NCBI GenBank assembly: GCA_043817075.1
Contig: JBDRHG010000023.1
Location: forward strand, 11,315 to 75,314
Reading direction: 5' to 3'
DNA length: 64,000 nucleotides
Origin: an archaeon
GTDB lineage: Archaea; Nanobdellota; Nanobdellia; Woesearchaeales; JAADFO01
Shown here: positions 51,574 through 61,010 of the stretch, one piece after another
Layout of the letters: each line of letters opens with the position of its first letter
Numbering within the stretch: the stretch's first letter is position 1
The notes under the pieces: generated by a model
Database searches by the model: none
Told to the model about the DNA's origin: nothing
What the model saw: only the letters and a program-made list of their open reading frames with translations
Translations under genes and position numbers: made by a program

Positions 51574-53097
51574 CTAAGCGATGAGCGCTTCGATGACGGC
51601 GCGGAACTCAGCCTCTTCCTGGGCGAGGCCGTCTTCTGCAGTCTCGAAAGCATTGCCGATGCGCACGTATTCGCAGCCGAACACGAAGGTCGGGACAGAC
51701 GAGCGCGGATTGGCCTTGGAGAACAGTTCCCTGTCGGCCTGTGTCAGGTATTCCTCGACTTCCTCGCTCAGTGTATTGTCGCCGGTGTCGAATTCCCAAT
51801 GCTCAGCCACGATCTGCCCTGCGTCGACATACTCCTGCACGACCGACTCATAGGTCTCGCCGACCCACTTGCAGTGGGGGCAGGTCGTGGTGGAGAACAT
51901 CTTGACGACGGGTTTGCCGTCCTGTTCGCAGCGCTCGATGCCGCTGGCCGAAAATGTGGAGAACGTGGGCATCGTGACCTCGACCTCAGTCTCAGTCGCG
52001 ATGGGCTCTACCTCGTCAGCAGGTTCTGTGGGTTCCATGGTGCCCTCGCTGGTCTCGGCGGGCTCTTCAGCGTCTTTGGTCTCGTCCTCACCCTCAGGCG
52101 TCTCGTCCGTCACCTTTACTATGGATGACTTAGGTTCGCTGGGCTCGGGCTCTTCCTCGACCGCGATATCCGCGGCGATCCAGAAGACCTTGATTTCAGC
52201 CTTTTCTGTGAGCTTCTCGACAACACCAGGGACACCTGCGCTGATGAGTTGGCGCTTGATAGCAGGAGCGACCTCTTCGTAGGGAAGCACTCCTTCCTCG
52301 CGCTTGATGATGTGGAATCCGAACTGGCTCTGGACAGGCTCTGAGATATCGCCGACCTCGAGCGCGAAAGCCGCATTGGAGAACTCCTCCACCATGACCT
52401 CGCGTGAGAACAGTCCCAGGTCTCCGCCATTGACCTTGTCGCCGGAAAGCGAATACTGTGCCGCGAGCTCGGCGAAGTCCTCGCCTGCATCGATGCGGTC
52501 CAGCATGTCAAGAGCCTCTTCCTCGGTCTCGACGAGGATGTGCCTCGCACGGATCTCGCCCTCGCCGGCGGTGAATGTGCCGATGTTGGCGTCGTAGTAT
52601 GCGAACGCGGCCGTATCGCTGGCCACTTCGCTCTCGAAATAGGAATTGAGCACAATCTGCTCACGGATCTCCTGCTTGGCCTGCTCAAGGGTCATGCCCT
52701 GTTGCGCCAAGACCTGCTCCAGCGTCATGCCGGGCTGCATCTGGCTCTCGAGCTGGGCGAACATGGCGTCCACATCAGACTCGTTGGGGACATATCCCTT
52801 CTTGGCTGCATCCTGCAGGAGGAGAGTTCGTGCGATGGTCTGGTTGAGGATGACCATCTTATCGACTGGTTGGCCATACAGCCCGCTCAGTCTCGCGACG
52901 ACGCCTTCGACGTCGGCGCCGTAGATCGGTTCGCCATTGACCATCGCGGCCACATCATCATCTATGGCGGCCGGGAAGATCTGGTCTCGATATGCATAGA
53001 GAAGCACGGCAAGGATGACCACAAGACCCACAAGAATCGTCACATAGGTCGCGGTCTGGTCCTTCCCTTTCTTCCCTCGTTTATGATTCGGTTTCAT
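51574..53097 (-). CDS. Membrane-anchored parvulin-type PPIase (SurA/PrsA-like) fused to a C-terminal thioredoxin-fold CPHC domain
   Basis: N-terminal TM (VTILVGLVVILAVLLYAY). Parvulin core ARHILV...GGDLGLF...FGFHIIK. Acidic linker (EEEPEPSEP...ETKDAEEPAETSEG). Then STTTCPHCKW...VPTFVFG. Confidence 0.75.
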   Translation of the reverse strand: MKPNHKRGKKGKDQTATYVTILVGLVVILAVLLYAYRDQIFPAAIDDDVAAMVNGEPIYGADVEGVVARLSGLYGQPVDKMVILNQTIARTLLLQDAAKKGYVPNESDVDAMFAQLESQMQPGMTLEQVLAQQGMTLEQAKQEIREQIVLNSYFESEVASDTAAFAYYDANIGTFTAGEGEIRARHILVETEEEALDMLDRIDAGEDFAELAAQYSLSGDKVNGGDLGLFSREVMVEEFSNAAFALEVGDISEPVQSQFGFHIIKREEGVLPYEEVAPAIKRQLISAGVPGVVEKLTEKAEIKVFWIAADIAVEEEPEPSEPKSSIVKVTDETPEGEDETKDAEEPAETSEGTMEPTEPADEVEPIATETEVEVTMPTFSTFSASGIERCEQDGKPVVKMFSTTTCPHCKWVGETYESVVQEYVDAGQIVAEHWEFDTGDNTLSEEVEEYLTQADRELFSKANPRSSVPTFVFGCEYVRIGNAFETAEDGLAQEEAEFRAVIEALIA

Positions 53098-53296
53098 GGA
53101 ACATCACCCTGAATGCCTTATAGTCTAATCCCCTCTTCTAGTATAAATCGAGAACCCCTTTTTTACAATTGATAACCTGGTGACCTTAATAAATGTTTTC
53201 CCTCTCCGGTCACTATTTGTTCGTCAAACAGCCCGTTGTTCGATTATCCATTACATTTATAAAACCCTCATTCCCCCTCGTCGTAGGTGATATATC

Positions 53297-53611
53297 ATGC
53301 TTGAACTGACAAAAGACAACTTTGAGGCCGAGGTGAAGAACGCTGATACCCCCGTCCTCGTCGATTTCTGGGCTGATTGGTGCGGTCCCTGCAAGATGCT
53401 GGGTCCCGTGTTCGAGGAGCTATCAGGCGAGTACGAGGGCAAGGTCAAGTTCGCCAAGGTCAATGTCGACTCTGAGCAGGACCTGCCGAGCGAGTTCGGC
53501 GTCCAGGGCATCCCCACACTCATCCTTTTCAAAGGTGGTGAGGAAGCAGGACGTATGGTCGGCGCGCTTCCCAAAGAGTCGCTGAAGGAGAAGATCGAGG
53601 AATTGATCTGA
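53297..53611 (+). CDS. trxA: Thioredoxin
   Basis: 104 aa with a WCGPC active site. Confidence 0.9.
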   Translation: MLELTKDNFEAEVKNADTPVLVDFWADWCGPCKMLGPVFEELSGEYEGKVKFAKVNVDSEQDLPSEFGVQGIPTLILFKGGEEAGRMVGALPKESLKEKIEELI

Positions 53612-53639
53612 TCCGCTTTTTTCCTCTTCTTTTCTGCCG

Positions 53640-54059
53640 ATGGCTCCTCTCGAGAGACGGAAAGTGGTCTCCAGCTTCATCCGTCATGACGGCAGGCTAT
53701 TGTTGCTCAAGCGTTCTGAGAACGTCGGCACTTACCAAGGCAAATGGGGGATCGCCGCAGGACACGTCGAGCCGGAAGACACATCGATGGAGGCCCGTGC
53801 CCGCATCGAGATCGAGGAGGAGCTGGGCATCCCTCGGGATACGCCGGTATTGGTCAAATCTGGTGAATCCCTGGTATTGGATGACCATGACATAGGCATA
53901 TCCTGGGAGATTCATCCCTTCCTCTTCGACGTGCCATCTGATGAGATCACATTGGACTGGGAGCATACCGACTACCGATGGATAGACCCGTCAGAACTGA
54001 GTTCTCATGATATCGTGCCGATGCTGGATCGCAGCCTTGAAACCGTCTGGCCTCAATAG
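53640..54059 (+). CDS. NUDIX hydrolase
   Basis: Nudix box GHVEPEDTSMEARARIEIEEELGI. Confidence 0.8.
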   Translation: MAPLERRKVVSSFIRHDGRLLLLKRSENVGTYQGKWGIAAGHVEPEDTSMEARARIEIEEELGIPRDTPVLVKSGESLVLDDHDIGISWEIHPFLFDVPSDEITLDWEHTDYRWIDPSELSSHDIVPMLDRSLETVWPQ

Positions 54060-54871
54060 ACCTTCAGCAGTTTCCTGATCCCGATCGAGAACAGGAGGGA
54101 GAAAAGGATATACGTCCCCAGCCATCCGGGGCGCCAGCCGAAGAGGGAGAACGGCAGGGGCTTTACTGGCTTGTAGTCCACATGGATGCGCTGGGCGCTG
54201 CTCTCCTTGGATAGGGAATCCTCCCTGCTGGAATAGATGAAATCGAAGAATGTCCTGGTGTTCTTGTCTGCCCGGGCGTATGACCCCAGCTCTTCTGATA
54301 TGAGCACACGTTTCTGCAGCTTCTCGTTATTGTAGTCGAAGTAGACCGTATACTCACCTTCCGGGCCTGACAATGTCCACGTCGCCCGATTGTCGGTGAT
54401 CAGGGCATTCGGTGCAGTGAGCAACGTCATCCCGTCAGGGACGAGTATACCGACATCTCCGGCAGCACCCTTATGGAACTGGATCGAGATGTTGAAGGCC
54501 TCGCCGGGCACGATCGGGATGAAAGCGAAATGCGACGCAAGCCAACCGAAGATGATGATGATGGGGATGAAGGTGTACAGCGTCGGCTTCATGGAGTGTT
54601 TCATGAGCTCCATGTTCGTCGCCATCATCTTCTGCTGTTCCTTCATCATCTTCTGAGGCTCGTCTTTGAGCGTCTTCATCCTGTCCTGGAACTTCTTCAT
54701 CTCCTCGCGGAGATGTCGCATACGGTCCTGGTCAGTGACCATGCGGTAGATGAAGACGATAGAAAGCGAAATGACAAACGTGATGATGATAAGACCCCAT
54801 GCGATGCCGATTTTGGTCAGGGGGAGGAGAACAGCGTCAAGTACAGGATCGATTATGTTGAATAGACCCAT
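54053..54871 (-). CDS. DUF106 / EMC3-TMCO1-like (archaeal YidC/Oxa1-type) membrane insertase with an inserted domain
   Basis: MGLFNIIDPVLDAV...TM1, a coiled coil RHLREEMKKFQDRMKTLKDEPQKMMKEQQKMMATNMELMK, then TM helices. Conserved position directly after secY. ATG 54871 follows the secY stop. Confidence 0.7.
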   Translation of the reverse strand: MGLFNIIDPVLDAVLLPLTKIGIAWGLIIITFVISLSIVFIYRMVTDQDRMRHLREEMKKFQDRMKTLKDEPQKMMKEQQKMMATNMELMKHSMKPTLYTFIPIIIIFGWLASHFAFIPIVPGEAFNISIQFHKGAAGDVGILVPDGMTLLTAPNALITDNRATWTLSGPEGEYTVYFDYNNEKLQKRVLISEELGSYARADKNTRTFFDFIYSSREDSLSKESSAQRIHVDYKPVKPLPFSLFGWRPGWLGTYILFSLLFSIGIRKLLKVY

Positions 54872-54873
54872 TT

Positions 54874-56268
54874 TCACTCCATCATCTTGCGCAACGCAGG
54901 ATGCATGTCCATCATGTGGTCCCGCGCGATCTCCTCGTACAGCTTGTACACGATCATGACCGTGAGCAAGATACCAGTGCCGTTGCCCAACGCTCCTGAG
55001 AGGTCTGCGATAGCCGCGAGGATACCGATGGCGATTCCACCAAGCACAGTCAAGGGCTTGATATATCTGTCGAGCAGACGTTCCAGCACGCGCTGGTCCT
55101 TACGGAAGCCAGGGATCTGCAGGCCCGATGACATGATCTGCTTCGCCTGGCTCTTTGCGTCCATGCCCGCGGTCTGCATCCAGAACCATGAGAAGACAAC
55201 AGCGCCGATCACCATGATGACCAGGTAGCCCAAGCCCCGTATGAGCACGTCCGTCGTCAACGAAGACGTGATGATGGACTTTACAAGGTTCGGTGGAGAG
55301 AGGAATGTGACCAGTCCGGTGTCAGGCGAATTGCCCACATATGTCCCCAATAGAGGCAATCCCCAGTTCTGCAAGAGCCGTCCCCAAAGCTGGAGATTGG
55401 CCATGAGAGCCGCGATGAGGATGACCGGGATATTAGAGGTGTACAGGAAATTCAGCGGCCAACGCATACCATAACCGCGGATGCGACCGAAAGACAGAGG
55501 GATCTCTATCTTCATGGCCTGGCTATACACTGACAACATGAAAACCAGTATGGTCGAGGCGACAGCTGCGAACATGAGCCCTGCATTGATGGGATCGCCC
55601 TCGCCAAGATAGATGAAGAGCGCAGGGATCGCGCCTGTAGGGATGCCTGAACCAGGAAGGTTGGGAGCCTCGAGCGGAGAGAGCGCTCTTATGAAGATGC
55701 TTTGTGAGACTCCTGCAGCGATGAACAACGAGATGCCGGAGCCGAAGCCCCATTTGCTGACCACCTCGTCCATGAACATGATGAGCACGCCGCCTACGAA
55801 CAGTTGGAAGACAAGCATCAGCTCGATATGGAAGAATGCGGCCGTACCCGCGAGAGCCGGCGGCGGCGCGAGGCCACCCATGAACACATAGATGAATGCC
55901 TCGAAGATGATGAAGAATATCGCCAGCATCTTCTGGAGTCCCTGGAACCTCCTCTTGCCCTCGTGGCTGGTGAGGTCCAGTTTCATGATGCCTGATCCGT
56001 TGAGCAGCTGCAACACGATGGATGCCGTGACCAGAGGTCCGATACCGAGCGATATGATGCTGCCGAAGCTTGCGCCCAGGATGATCGACAGTATCTCGAA
56101 CTGGTCAAGCTGGTTCTGGCCCAATCCGAACAATGGGACGAGGCCGAGCACGAAGAATATGAGTAGGATGCTCCCGGTCCACTTGAGCTTTTCCTTGAAC
56201 GATAGGCGCTTCTGCTTAGGGGGCGCCACTTCCGGGAGATTGTTGAGGATGTTGTCGAAAAATGACAT
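54874..56268 (-). CDS. secY: Preprotein translocase subunit SecY
   Basis: 464 aa, 10-TM SecY pattern, in the canonical position after L15. Confidence 0.95.
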   Translation of the reverse strand: MSFFDNILNNLPEVAPPKQKRLSFKEKLKWTGSILLIFFVLGLVPLFGLGQNQLDQFEILSIILGASFGSIISLGIGPLVTASIVLQLLNGSGIMKLDLTSHEGKRRFQGLQKMLAIFFIIFEAFIYVFMGGLAPPPALAGTAAFFHIELMLVFQLFVGGVLIMFMDEVVSKWGFGSGISLFIAAGVSQSIFIRALSPLEAPNLPGSGIPTGAIPALFIYLGEGDPINAGLMFAAVASTILVFMLSVYSQAMKIEIPLSFGRIRGYGMRWPLNFLYTSNIPVILIAALMANLQLWGRLLQNWGLPLLGTYVGNSPDTGLVTFLSPPNLVKSIITSSLTTDVLIRGLGYLVIMVIGAVVFSWFWMQTAGMDAKSQAKQIMSSGLQIPGFRKDQRVLERLLDRYIKPLTVLGGIAIGILAAIADLSGALGNGTGILLTVMIVYKLYEEIARDHMMDMHPALRKMME

Positions 56269-56279
56269 GGTTGACCGCC

Positions 56280-56804
56280 TTACGAGTCGGATTCCTGGTC
56301 GGGAGTCTTTTTCTCGGCAGTCTCCTTCTCAGGTGCTGAGGACTCCTTTGCCTTGAGAGCCTGTTCAGTGAGTGTGACCTTGCCGCCGGCCTTCTCTATG
56401 GCCTCGATCGCCTTTTGGCTGGCCATGCCAACCGTCACATTGATCTTGAAACTGACCGGACCTGCGGCGATGAGCTTGGTGTAATGCAATGAACTGAGAT
56501 CCACGCTGAACACGCCGCCCTTCTCTTCCGCTTTGCCTTTCGTGGTCCATGTCTGGATGCTGGAGGAAAGTGTCTTGGTGGTGAGAGGATTCTTGGCTGT
56601 CCTGCTCTTGGAGGAGAAACCATGCTTGCCGAAATAGCCTTTGATCTTCTCGCTCGACGGTTTCTTCACATCTGCACGCTTACCTGAGCCTGCCATTCCA
56701 CGACCGCCACGGCTACCCGCTCCGCGTCGCTTCTTCTTGTGGCCGCCACCATGAGTATGCGATCCTCGCATGCGGGTGTCTTTCTTGCGCTTTGTCGGTG
56801 CCAT
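56280..56804 (-). CDS. rpl15: 50S ribosomal protein L15 (uL15)
   Basis: MAPTKRKKDTRMRGSHTHGGGHKKKRRGAGSRGGRGMAG... Operon position. Acidic/lysine C-terminal tail. Confidence 0.9.
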   Translation of the reverse strand: MAPTKRKKDTRMRGSHTHGGGHKKKRRGAGSRGGRGMAGSGKRADVKKPSSEKIKGYFGKHGFSSKSRTAKNPLTTKTLSSSIQTWTTKGKAEEKGGVFSVDLSSLHYTKLIAAGPVSFKINVTVGMASQKAIEAIEKAGGKVTLTEQALKAKESSAPEKETAEKKTPDQESDS

Positions 56805-56810
56805 GTGAGA

Positions 56811-57311
56811 TTACCACATCTTCTCTATGAGATTTGCGATCTTGTCTTTCCTGTCGCCGAGCACGCCGCCGGTCGTAAAAGGCTTCTTGATCCCTTTACG
56901 TTCGAAACCTCCTCGGGGAGGACTGAGGCGGAAGAATCGCTTGTACTTCTTTCCACCCATCTCGATGAACTTACGATAGGTATAGATGCCTTTGCTGTCC
57001 TGCTCGCGGCCGGCATAGAGCTCTCCGCGCTTGTCGACGAGCTCCTTGAAAGTCGCCTCGTCAATAGTGCCAAAGGTGATGAAATCCTTGACTTTCCGCA
57101 ACATACCCTTGACCGAGACCGAGTCGTCATAGACCGAGCAAAAGTTCTGACGGTGGAGGCGGAGCATATCAAGTGTCCTCCTGACCTCCTCTTTCATGCC
57201 GATCTTCCCTCGGATGCGGACCGCAGCCAGCATGGTCTTTCCTGCATTCTTTTGGGTATCGGCAACGGGCTTCTCAGCCTTAGGTGCCTCTTCACTGCTC
57301 ATCTTCAGCAC
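56811..57311 (-). CDS. rpl30: 50S ribosomal protein L30 (uL30)
   Basis: MLAAVRIRGKIGMKEEVRRTLDMLRLHR core. Operon position. Confidence 0.9.
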   Translation of the reverse strand: MLKMSSEEAPKAEKPVADTQKNAGKTMLAAVRIRGKIGMKEEVRRTLDMLRLHRQNFCSVYDDSVSVKGMLRKVKDFITFGTIDEATFKELVDKRGELYAGREQDSKGIYTYRKFIEMGGKKYKRFFRLSPPRGGFERKGIKKPFTTGGVLGDRKDKIANLIEKMW

Positions 57312-58185
57312 CTCCGATCTCCTCAGCGAAATTCTCCATCGTTGAGCCGTCCACGATGTTCATCTTCTTCCTGTCATCAGGGAGCACTTTCGTCGTGGAG
57401 AGTTTCTTGAGCGCGGCGAAGCACGCATTGAGTAGGTTGGTCTTCGTCTTTGTCTTGCCACGGGTCCTGGACCAGATGTTCTGGATGCCGGCAAGCGTCA
57501 GCAACTTCTGGCACTCGGGCTCGATGCACAGCCCTTTACCTTTAGGTGCCGGCATCAGCTTGATCTCGCATGAACCGCACTTGCCAGAAACCGCGAACGG
57601 GATGGAATGGGGCTCCTTGGAATTGTCTTCCCATGAACCGGTGCCCCTTCTGATCTTGATGATGTTGAGCTTGGCACGTCTGATCGCCTTCTCACGCGCA
57701 GGCACGGTCTCCTTGCTCTTGCCCCCGCCGACGCCGATATAGCCATCCTGATTGCCCACGACGGCGAACGTCATGAACTTCGGCTTGTTACCCTCTCGCG
57801 TCTTCTTCTGAGTCTGTTTGAATATACGTCGTTGGCCACCGCCGAACTTACCTTTCGACTGGCCCACAAGCAGAAGGTCGATCTCCATGTCAGGGAGCAA
57901 GGCATCGACGATCTCGGCCTCGAGGATCTTGGTGCCTCGGTCGAGTATCTCAGATAGGCTCCTGATCTTACCGTTCTTGACATCTGTTCCCAGAGCGGTC
58001 TTCGGTGTCCAGTCTAGTGCGTCGATGCGTGCCTTGCGGGCGGCCTCACGTTCCTCATGCTCTTCGTCGCCTGATTCGATGACCTCTATGTCTTCGGGAG
58101 CGGCGGTGATCGGAGTGGCCTCCTCAATGACTTCGACCTCTTCCTCTGGAGCCTTTTCGTCCTTCTTCTCTTCTGCCATGAACAT
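57292..58185 (-). CDS. rps5: 30S ribosomal protein S5 (uS5) with acidic N-terminal extension
   Basis: Core ...FMTFAVVGNQDGYIGVGGGKSKETVPAREKAIRRAKLNII... The first ~60 aa are E/D-rich. Confidence 0.9.
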   Translation of the reverse strand: MFMAEEKKDEKAPEEEVEVIEEATPITAAPEDIEVIESGDEEHEEREAARKARIDALDWTPKTALGTDVKNGKIRSLSEILDRGTKILEAEIVDALLPDMEIDLLLVGQSKGKFGGGQRRIFKQTQKKTREGNKPKFMTFAVVGNQDGYIGVGGGKSKETVPAREKAIRRAKLNIIKIRRGTGSWEDNSKEPHSIPFAVSGKCGSCEIKLMPAPKGKGLCIEPECQKLLTLAGIQNIWSRTRGKTKTKTNLLNACFAALKKLSTTKVLPDDRKKMNIVDGSTMENFAEEIGGAEDEQ

Positions 58186-58198
58186 AACCTCGAATCAT

Positions 58199-58768
58199 TT
58201 ATGAGAGCGCGTTGATCTTCTTCTCGGTGGCGACGAACTCCTCGCCGATCTTACTGGGGTCAGAGCCACGCTTCTTGACCACATCGAACTGCGCCTTGTT
58301 CTTGACGTCCTTTGCGAACGCCGCGATATGCGCGCCCTTGATGCGGTCCTCATCAGGCAGGACCACTTCGTCGACAGGGATATTGAGACCTGCGGCCCTT
58401 GCGCCAGCGACAGTCGCGAACAGCCGTCCTTTGGCCCTGGCATTTTGCAGACCCAGATCGAGTATGGCCTCTTTGACGCCGGCCTTGATGGCCTTCTTGC
58501 CGAGCAGGAGACCGGTGAGGTAGGCTGCCGGCAGATTGCCGTTGGCGGCTTTCCATCCATGTGCCTTGAGCTCGGACGAGCGCGCCGCCACGACGACCTT
58601 GTCGCCTGCGGCCTGGTACTCGACGATCTGGCATGAGATGTTGCTTAGGCTCTTCCTCACGACCAGTCTGGCCTTTCCGCCTCGAAGCATCAAGAGCCGG
58701 CCCTTATAGTCCGTCCGCCCTTCCCGCTTCCTGCGGTACTCCATCGTCTTTCGTCTCCTTGTCGCCAT
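58199..58768 (-). CDS. rpl18: 50S ribosomal protein L18 (uL18)
   Basis: MATRRRKTMEYRRKREGRTDYKGRL... ATG 58768 lies 3 nt after the L19e stop (the ORF-track start 58774 is GTG). Confidence 0.9.
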   Translation of the reverse strand: MATRRRKTMEYRRKREGRTDYKGRLLMLRGGKARLVVRKSLSNISCQIVEYQAAGDKVVVAARSSELKAHGWKAANGNLPAAYLTGLLLGKKAIKAGVKEAILDLGLQNARAKGRLFATVAGARAAGLNIPVDEVVLPDEDRIKGAHIAAFAKDVKNKAQFDVVKKRGSDPSKIGEEFVATEKKINALS

Positions 58769-58770
58769 TT

Positions 58771-59205
58771 TCACTTAGCCTTGCTGATGAACATGTTATG
58801 CTCTTCCATGAAGAGCTTGATGTGGCGTCTGCTACGGAAGTAGCCGCCCTTTATCTTTCGATACAAAGATTGGAAATCTTTGCGGGACAGAATCTCCTTC
58901 TCACGGAATTCCTTGATCATGCCACGTTGCGCACGTGCTCGTGCCATCCAGACATCCTTCGGCCTCTCTCTTGCCGAGGCCTTGCCCTTTCGGGAACCAT
59001 GGCCGGATCTCTTCCTGGGAGCCTTCCTCGCGATGCCTTTCTTCTGAAGCCTGATGATGCCCTTGTCCTTGATGAGGCCTCGGACATCTGCCTTGGTGAT
59101 GGCCTCCCTGATATCCTCGAGCGCCTCTTGATCGAATTTGATACGTTTGGGGGAGACCTTGAGCAGCGACGCCGCCATCCGCTTCTGGATTCTGCTTGCC
59201 ATCAC
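58771..59205 (-). CDS. rpl19e: 50S ribosomal protein L19e
   Basis: MASRIQKRMAASLLKVSPKRIKFD... is the typical L19e N-terminus. Confidence 0.9.
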   Translation of the reverse strand: MMASRIQKRMAASLLKVSPKRIKFDQEALEDIREAITKADVRGLIKDKGIIRLQKKGIARKAPRKRSGHGSRKGKASARERPKDVWMARARAQRGMIKEFREKEILSRKDFQSLYRKIKGGYFRSRRHIKLFMEEHNMFISKAK

Positions 59206-59804
59206 ATACCGCCTTCCTTGGTGACAAGGACCTTGTCCTTCTCTTTCTTCTCTGCCTTCTCCTTGTCTTCGGAGCTCTCAGGTTTCTCCTTTTCGCTGTC
59301 TTTCTTCTCTTTCTCTTCGGCCTTCTTCTTCTTCTCTTCTTCCTTGGATTTCTTGTTCTGTTCTCGCTTGGCCTTGATGTCCTTCTTCTTCTGCAGCGTC
59401 TCCTCTACCGCCTTGAGATAGGCGTCAGGAGAGGGGATGTTGAGTATCGTGATGCCCTTCTCTATGAGAACGCGGACGAGTTCGACACGCTTGCGTTGGC
59501 CGAGCTGACCTGAAAGGATGGCGCCGTCCTTCTTGGGATCGAGAGTAGCGACATCGGTCGCATTTTCCACGATGACCTGAACCAGACCCTCATGGGACAG
59601 ACCTCTCGCTTCAGCAGGGCTGCGATAACCCTTACCGGGGCTCTTTCTATGCCCTTTGAGATGGAGGCGGAGCTTGGAGTCTATTCCCCTCGGCCGCTTC
59701 CAATTGGATCCGACACGCTTCTTCTTATGAGCGTCCTGCCTGATGAATCTCGGCTTCTTGGCCTTGGCCTCATTCCTTTTGTCCACTATGTCTTTTGATA
59801 CCAT
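59202..59804 (-). CDS. rpl32e: 50S ribosomal protein L32e with K/E-rich C-terminal extension
   Basis: Start set at ATG 59804 (MVSKDIVDKRNEAKAKKPRFIRQDAHKKKRVGSNWKRPRGIDSK...). The last ~70 aa are KKKDIKAKREQNKKSKEEEKKKKAEEKEKKDSEKEK... Confidence 0.85.
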   Translation of the reverse strand: MVSKDIVDKRNEAKAKKPRFIRQDAHKKKRVGSNWKRPRGIDSKLRLHLKGHRKSPGKGYRSPAEARGLSHEGLVQVIVENATDVATLDPKKDGAILSGQLGQRKRVELVRVLIEKGITILNIPSPDAYLKAVEETLQKKKDIKAKREQNKKSKEEEKKKKAEEKEKKDSEKEKPESSEDKEKAEKKEKDKVLVTKEGGM

Positions 59805-59805
59805 T

Positions 59806-60354
59806 TTATACGATGGACTTGCCGTCCTTCTTTGTGATATAGATGCCGTCCTGGAAGATCCGCTTGTCGAAACCGGGTCGCTTGCAGAGGCGTTCGATCG
59901 CTCCTGCGACCATGCCCGCCACCTCTTTGGAGGCGGACGTGACGCCGATGATGTCGCCGTCGACCGTGACTTTCGCGTCCTTATGGATCTTGAGGGTGCG
60001 AGCGATCTTCTCACCGATGAAATTCTTGACCGATAATTTGTCGCCCTGTAGCGCCACGTTCATCGGGAAATGCCCAGAGCAGACCTTGAGCGCGTAGACA
60101 TGGTTCTCGATGACACCTCTCATCATGTTGAGGATGTGGGCACGGTAGGTGTTGAGGCGCATCTTCTCCCTTTTGGTGGCTTGGGCCGAGGTGAGCACGA
60201 TCTCGTTGCCTTCCAGTCTGACCTGGATGCGCGCATCCTTGAAGATGCGCTTGACCTCTCCTGCTTTCCCTTTTATCTCCACGAGGTTGTCAGCGCCGAC
60301 ACTGGCTGTGACTCCTTCGGGAATCGCCATTTTCTGAGTGAGATCTGCCTTCAT
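59806..60354 (-). CDS. rpl6: 50S ribosomal protein L6 (uL6)
   Basis: 182 aa, operon position, two-domain L6 pattern. Confidence 0.9.
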   Translation of the reverse strand: MKADLTQKMAIPEGVTASVGADNLVEIKGKAGEVKRIFKDARIQVRLEGNEIVLTSAQATKREKMRLNTYRAHILNMMRGVIENHVYALKVCSGHFPMNVALQGDKLSVKNFIGEKIARTLKIHKDAKVTVDGDIIGVTSASKEVAGMVAGAIERLCKRPGFDKRIFQDGIYITKKDGKSIV

Positions 60355-60372
60355 GTTGGTTCACTTGTTGTA

Positions 60373-60765
60373 TTAATAGCAGTATGCGAGCAGCTTGCCG
60401 CCGATGGCCTTCTTCTTCGCCGCATGGTGGCTCATCACGCCCTGTGATGTGGACACGATGAGGATGCCCATGTGGACAGAGGGCAGGTAACGCTTCTCGA
60501 AGCGCGTGTAGGTCTCCATGGAGACCGGGAATCTCGGTTTGATCGCGTTGCACTTGTTGATCGCGCTGAGCAGGTTGACCTTGAACATGTTTCCGCGGCC
60601 ATCCTCGATCAGCGTGATCTCTCCGAGGAGCCTTGCGTCCCTGATCACACCGAGGACTTCGGCGATGAGCTTAGAAGCAGGCTTGACGATAAGCTCCTTC
60701 TTGCCCAACTGCTCGTACTGGTTGATCTTGGACAGGGCGTTTGCGAGTGGGTCGTTGAGTGACAT
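60373..60765 (-). CDS. rps8: 30S ribosomal protein S8 (uS8)
   Basis: [22 protein letters not shown]... is the typical S8 N-terminus. Confidence 0.9.
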   Translation of the reverse strand: MSLNDPLANALSKINQYEQLGKKELIVKPASKLIAEVLGVIRDARLLGEITLIEDGRGNMFKVNLLSAINKCNAIKPRFPVSMETYTRFEKRYLPSVHMGILIVSTSQGVMSHHAAKKKAIGGKLLAYCY

Positions 60766-60777
60766 TTTATCATCCTT

Positions 60778-61008
60778 CTATGAAAATTTCTTGAATCCCA
60801 GCTTGGTGGCGATCTCACGGAAGCATTGGCGGCAGAGCTCGAGGTTGTACTTGGAGATATGGGCCTTGGTCCTTCCGCAGCGTCTGCAGCGTTTGAGGTT
60901 GACACCGCATGTCCGCTTCTTGGGCGCGTTGTTCTTCTTGTACTTGGCGAGCACAGCCGGCTTGACCTTGAGCTGTTTGAACACCTTACGGAAATCGCTA
61001 TATGTCAT
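60778..61008 (-). CDS. rps14: 30S ribosomal protein S14 (uS14, zinc type)
   Basis: CRRCGRTKAHISKYNLELCRQCFRE zinc-ribbon core. Operon position. 76 aa, which is longer than I would expect for the archaeal zinc-type S14. Confidence 0.85.
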   Translation of the reverse strand: MTYSDFRKVFKQLKVKPAVLAKYKKNNAPKKRTCGVNLKRCRRCGRTKAHISKYNLELCRQCFREIATKLGFKKFS

Positions 61009-61010
61009 GA

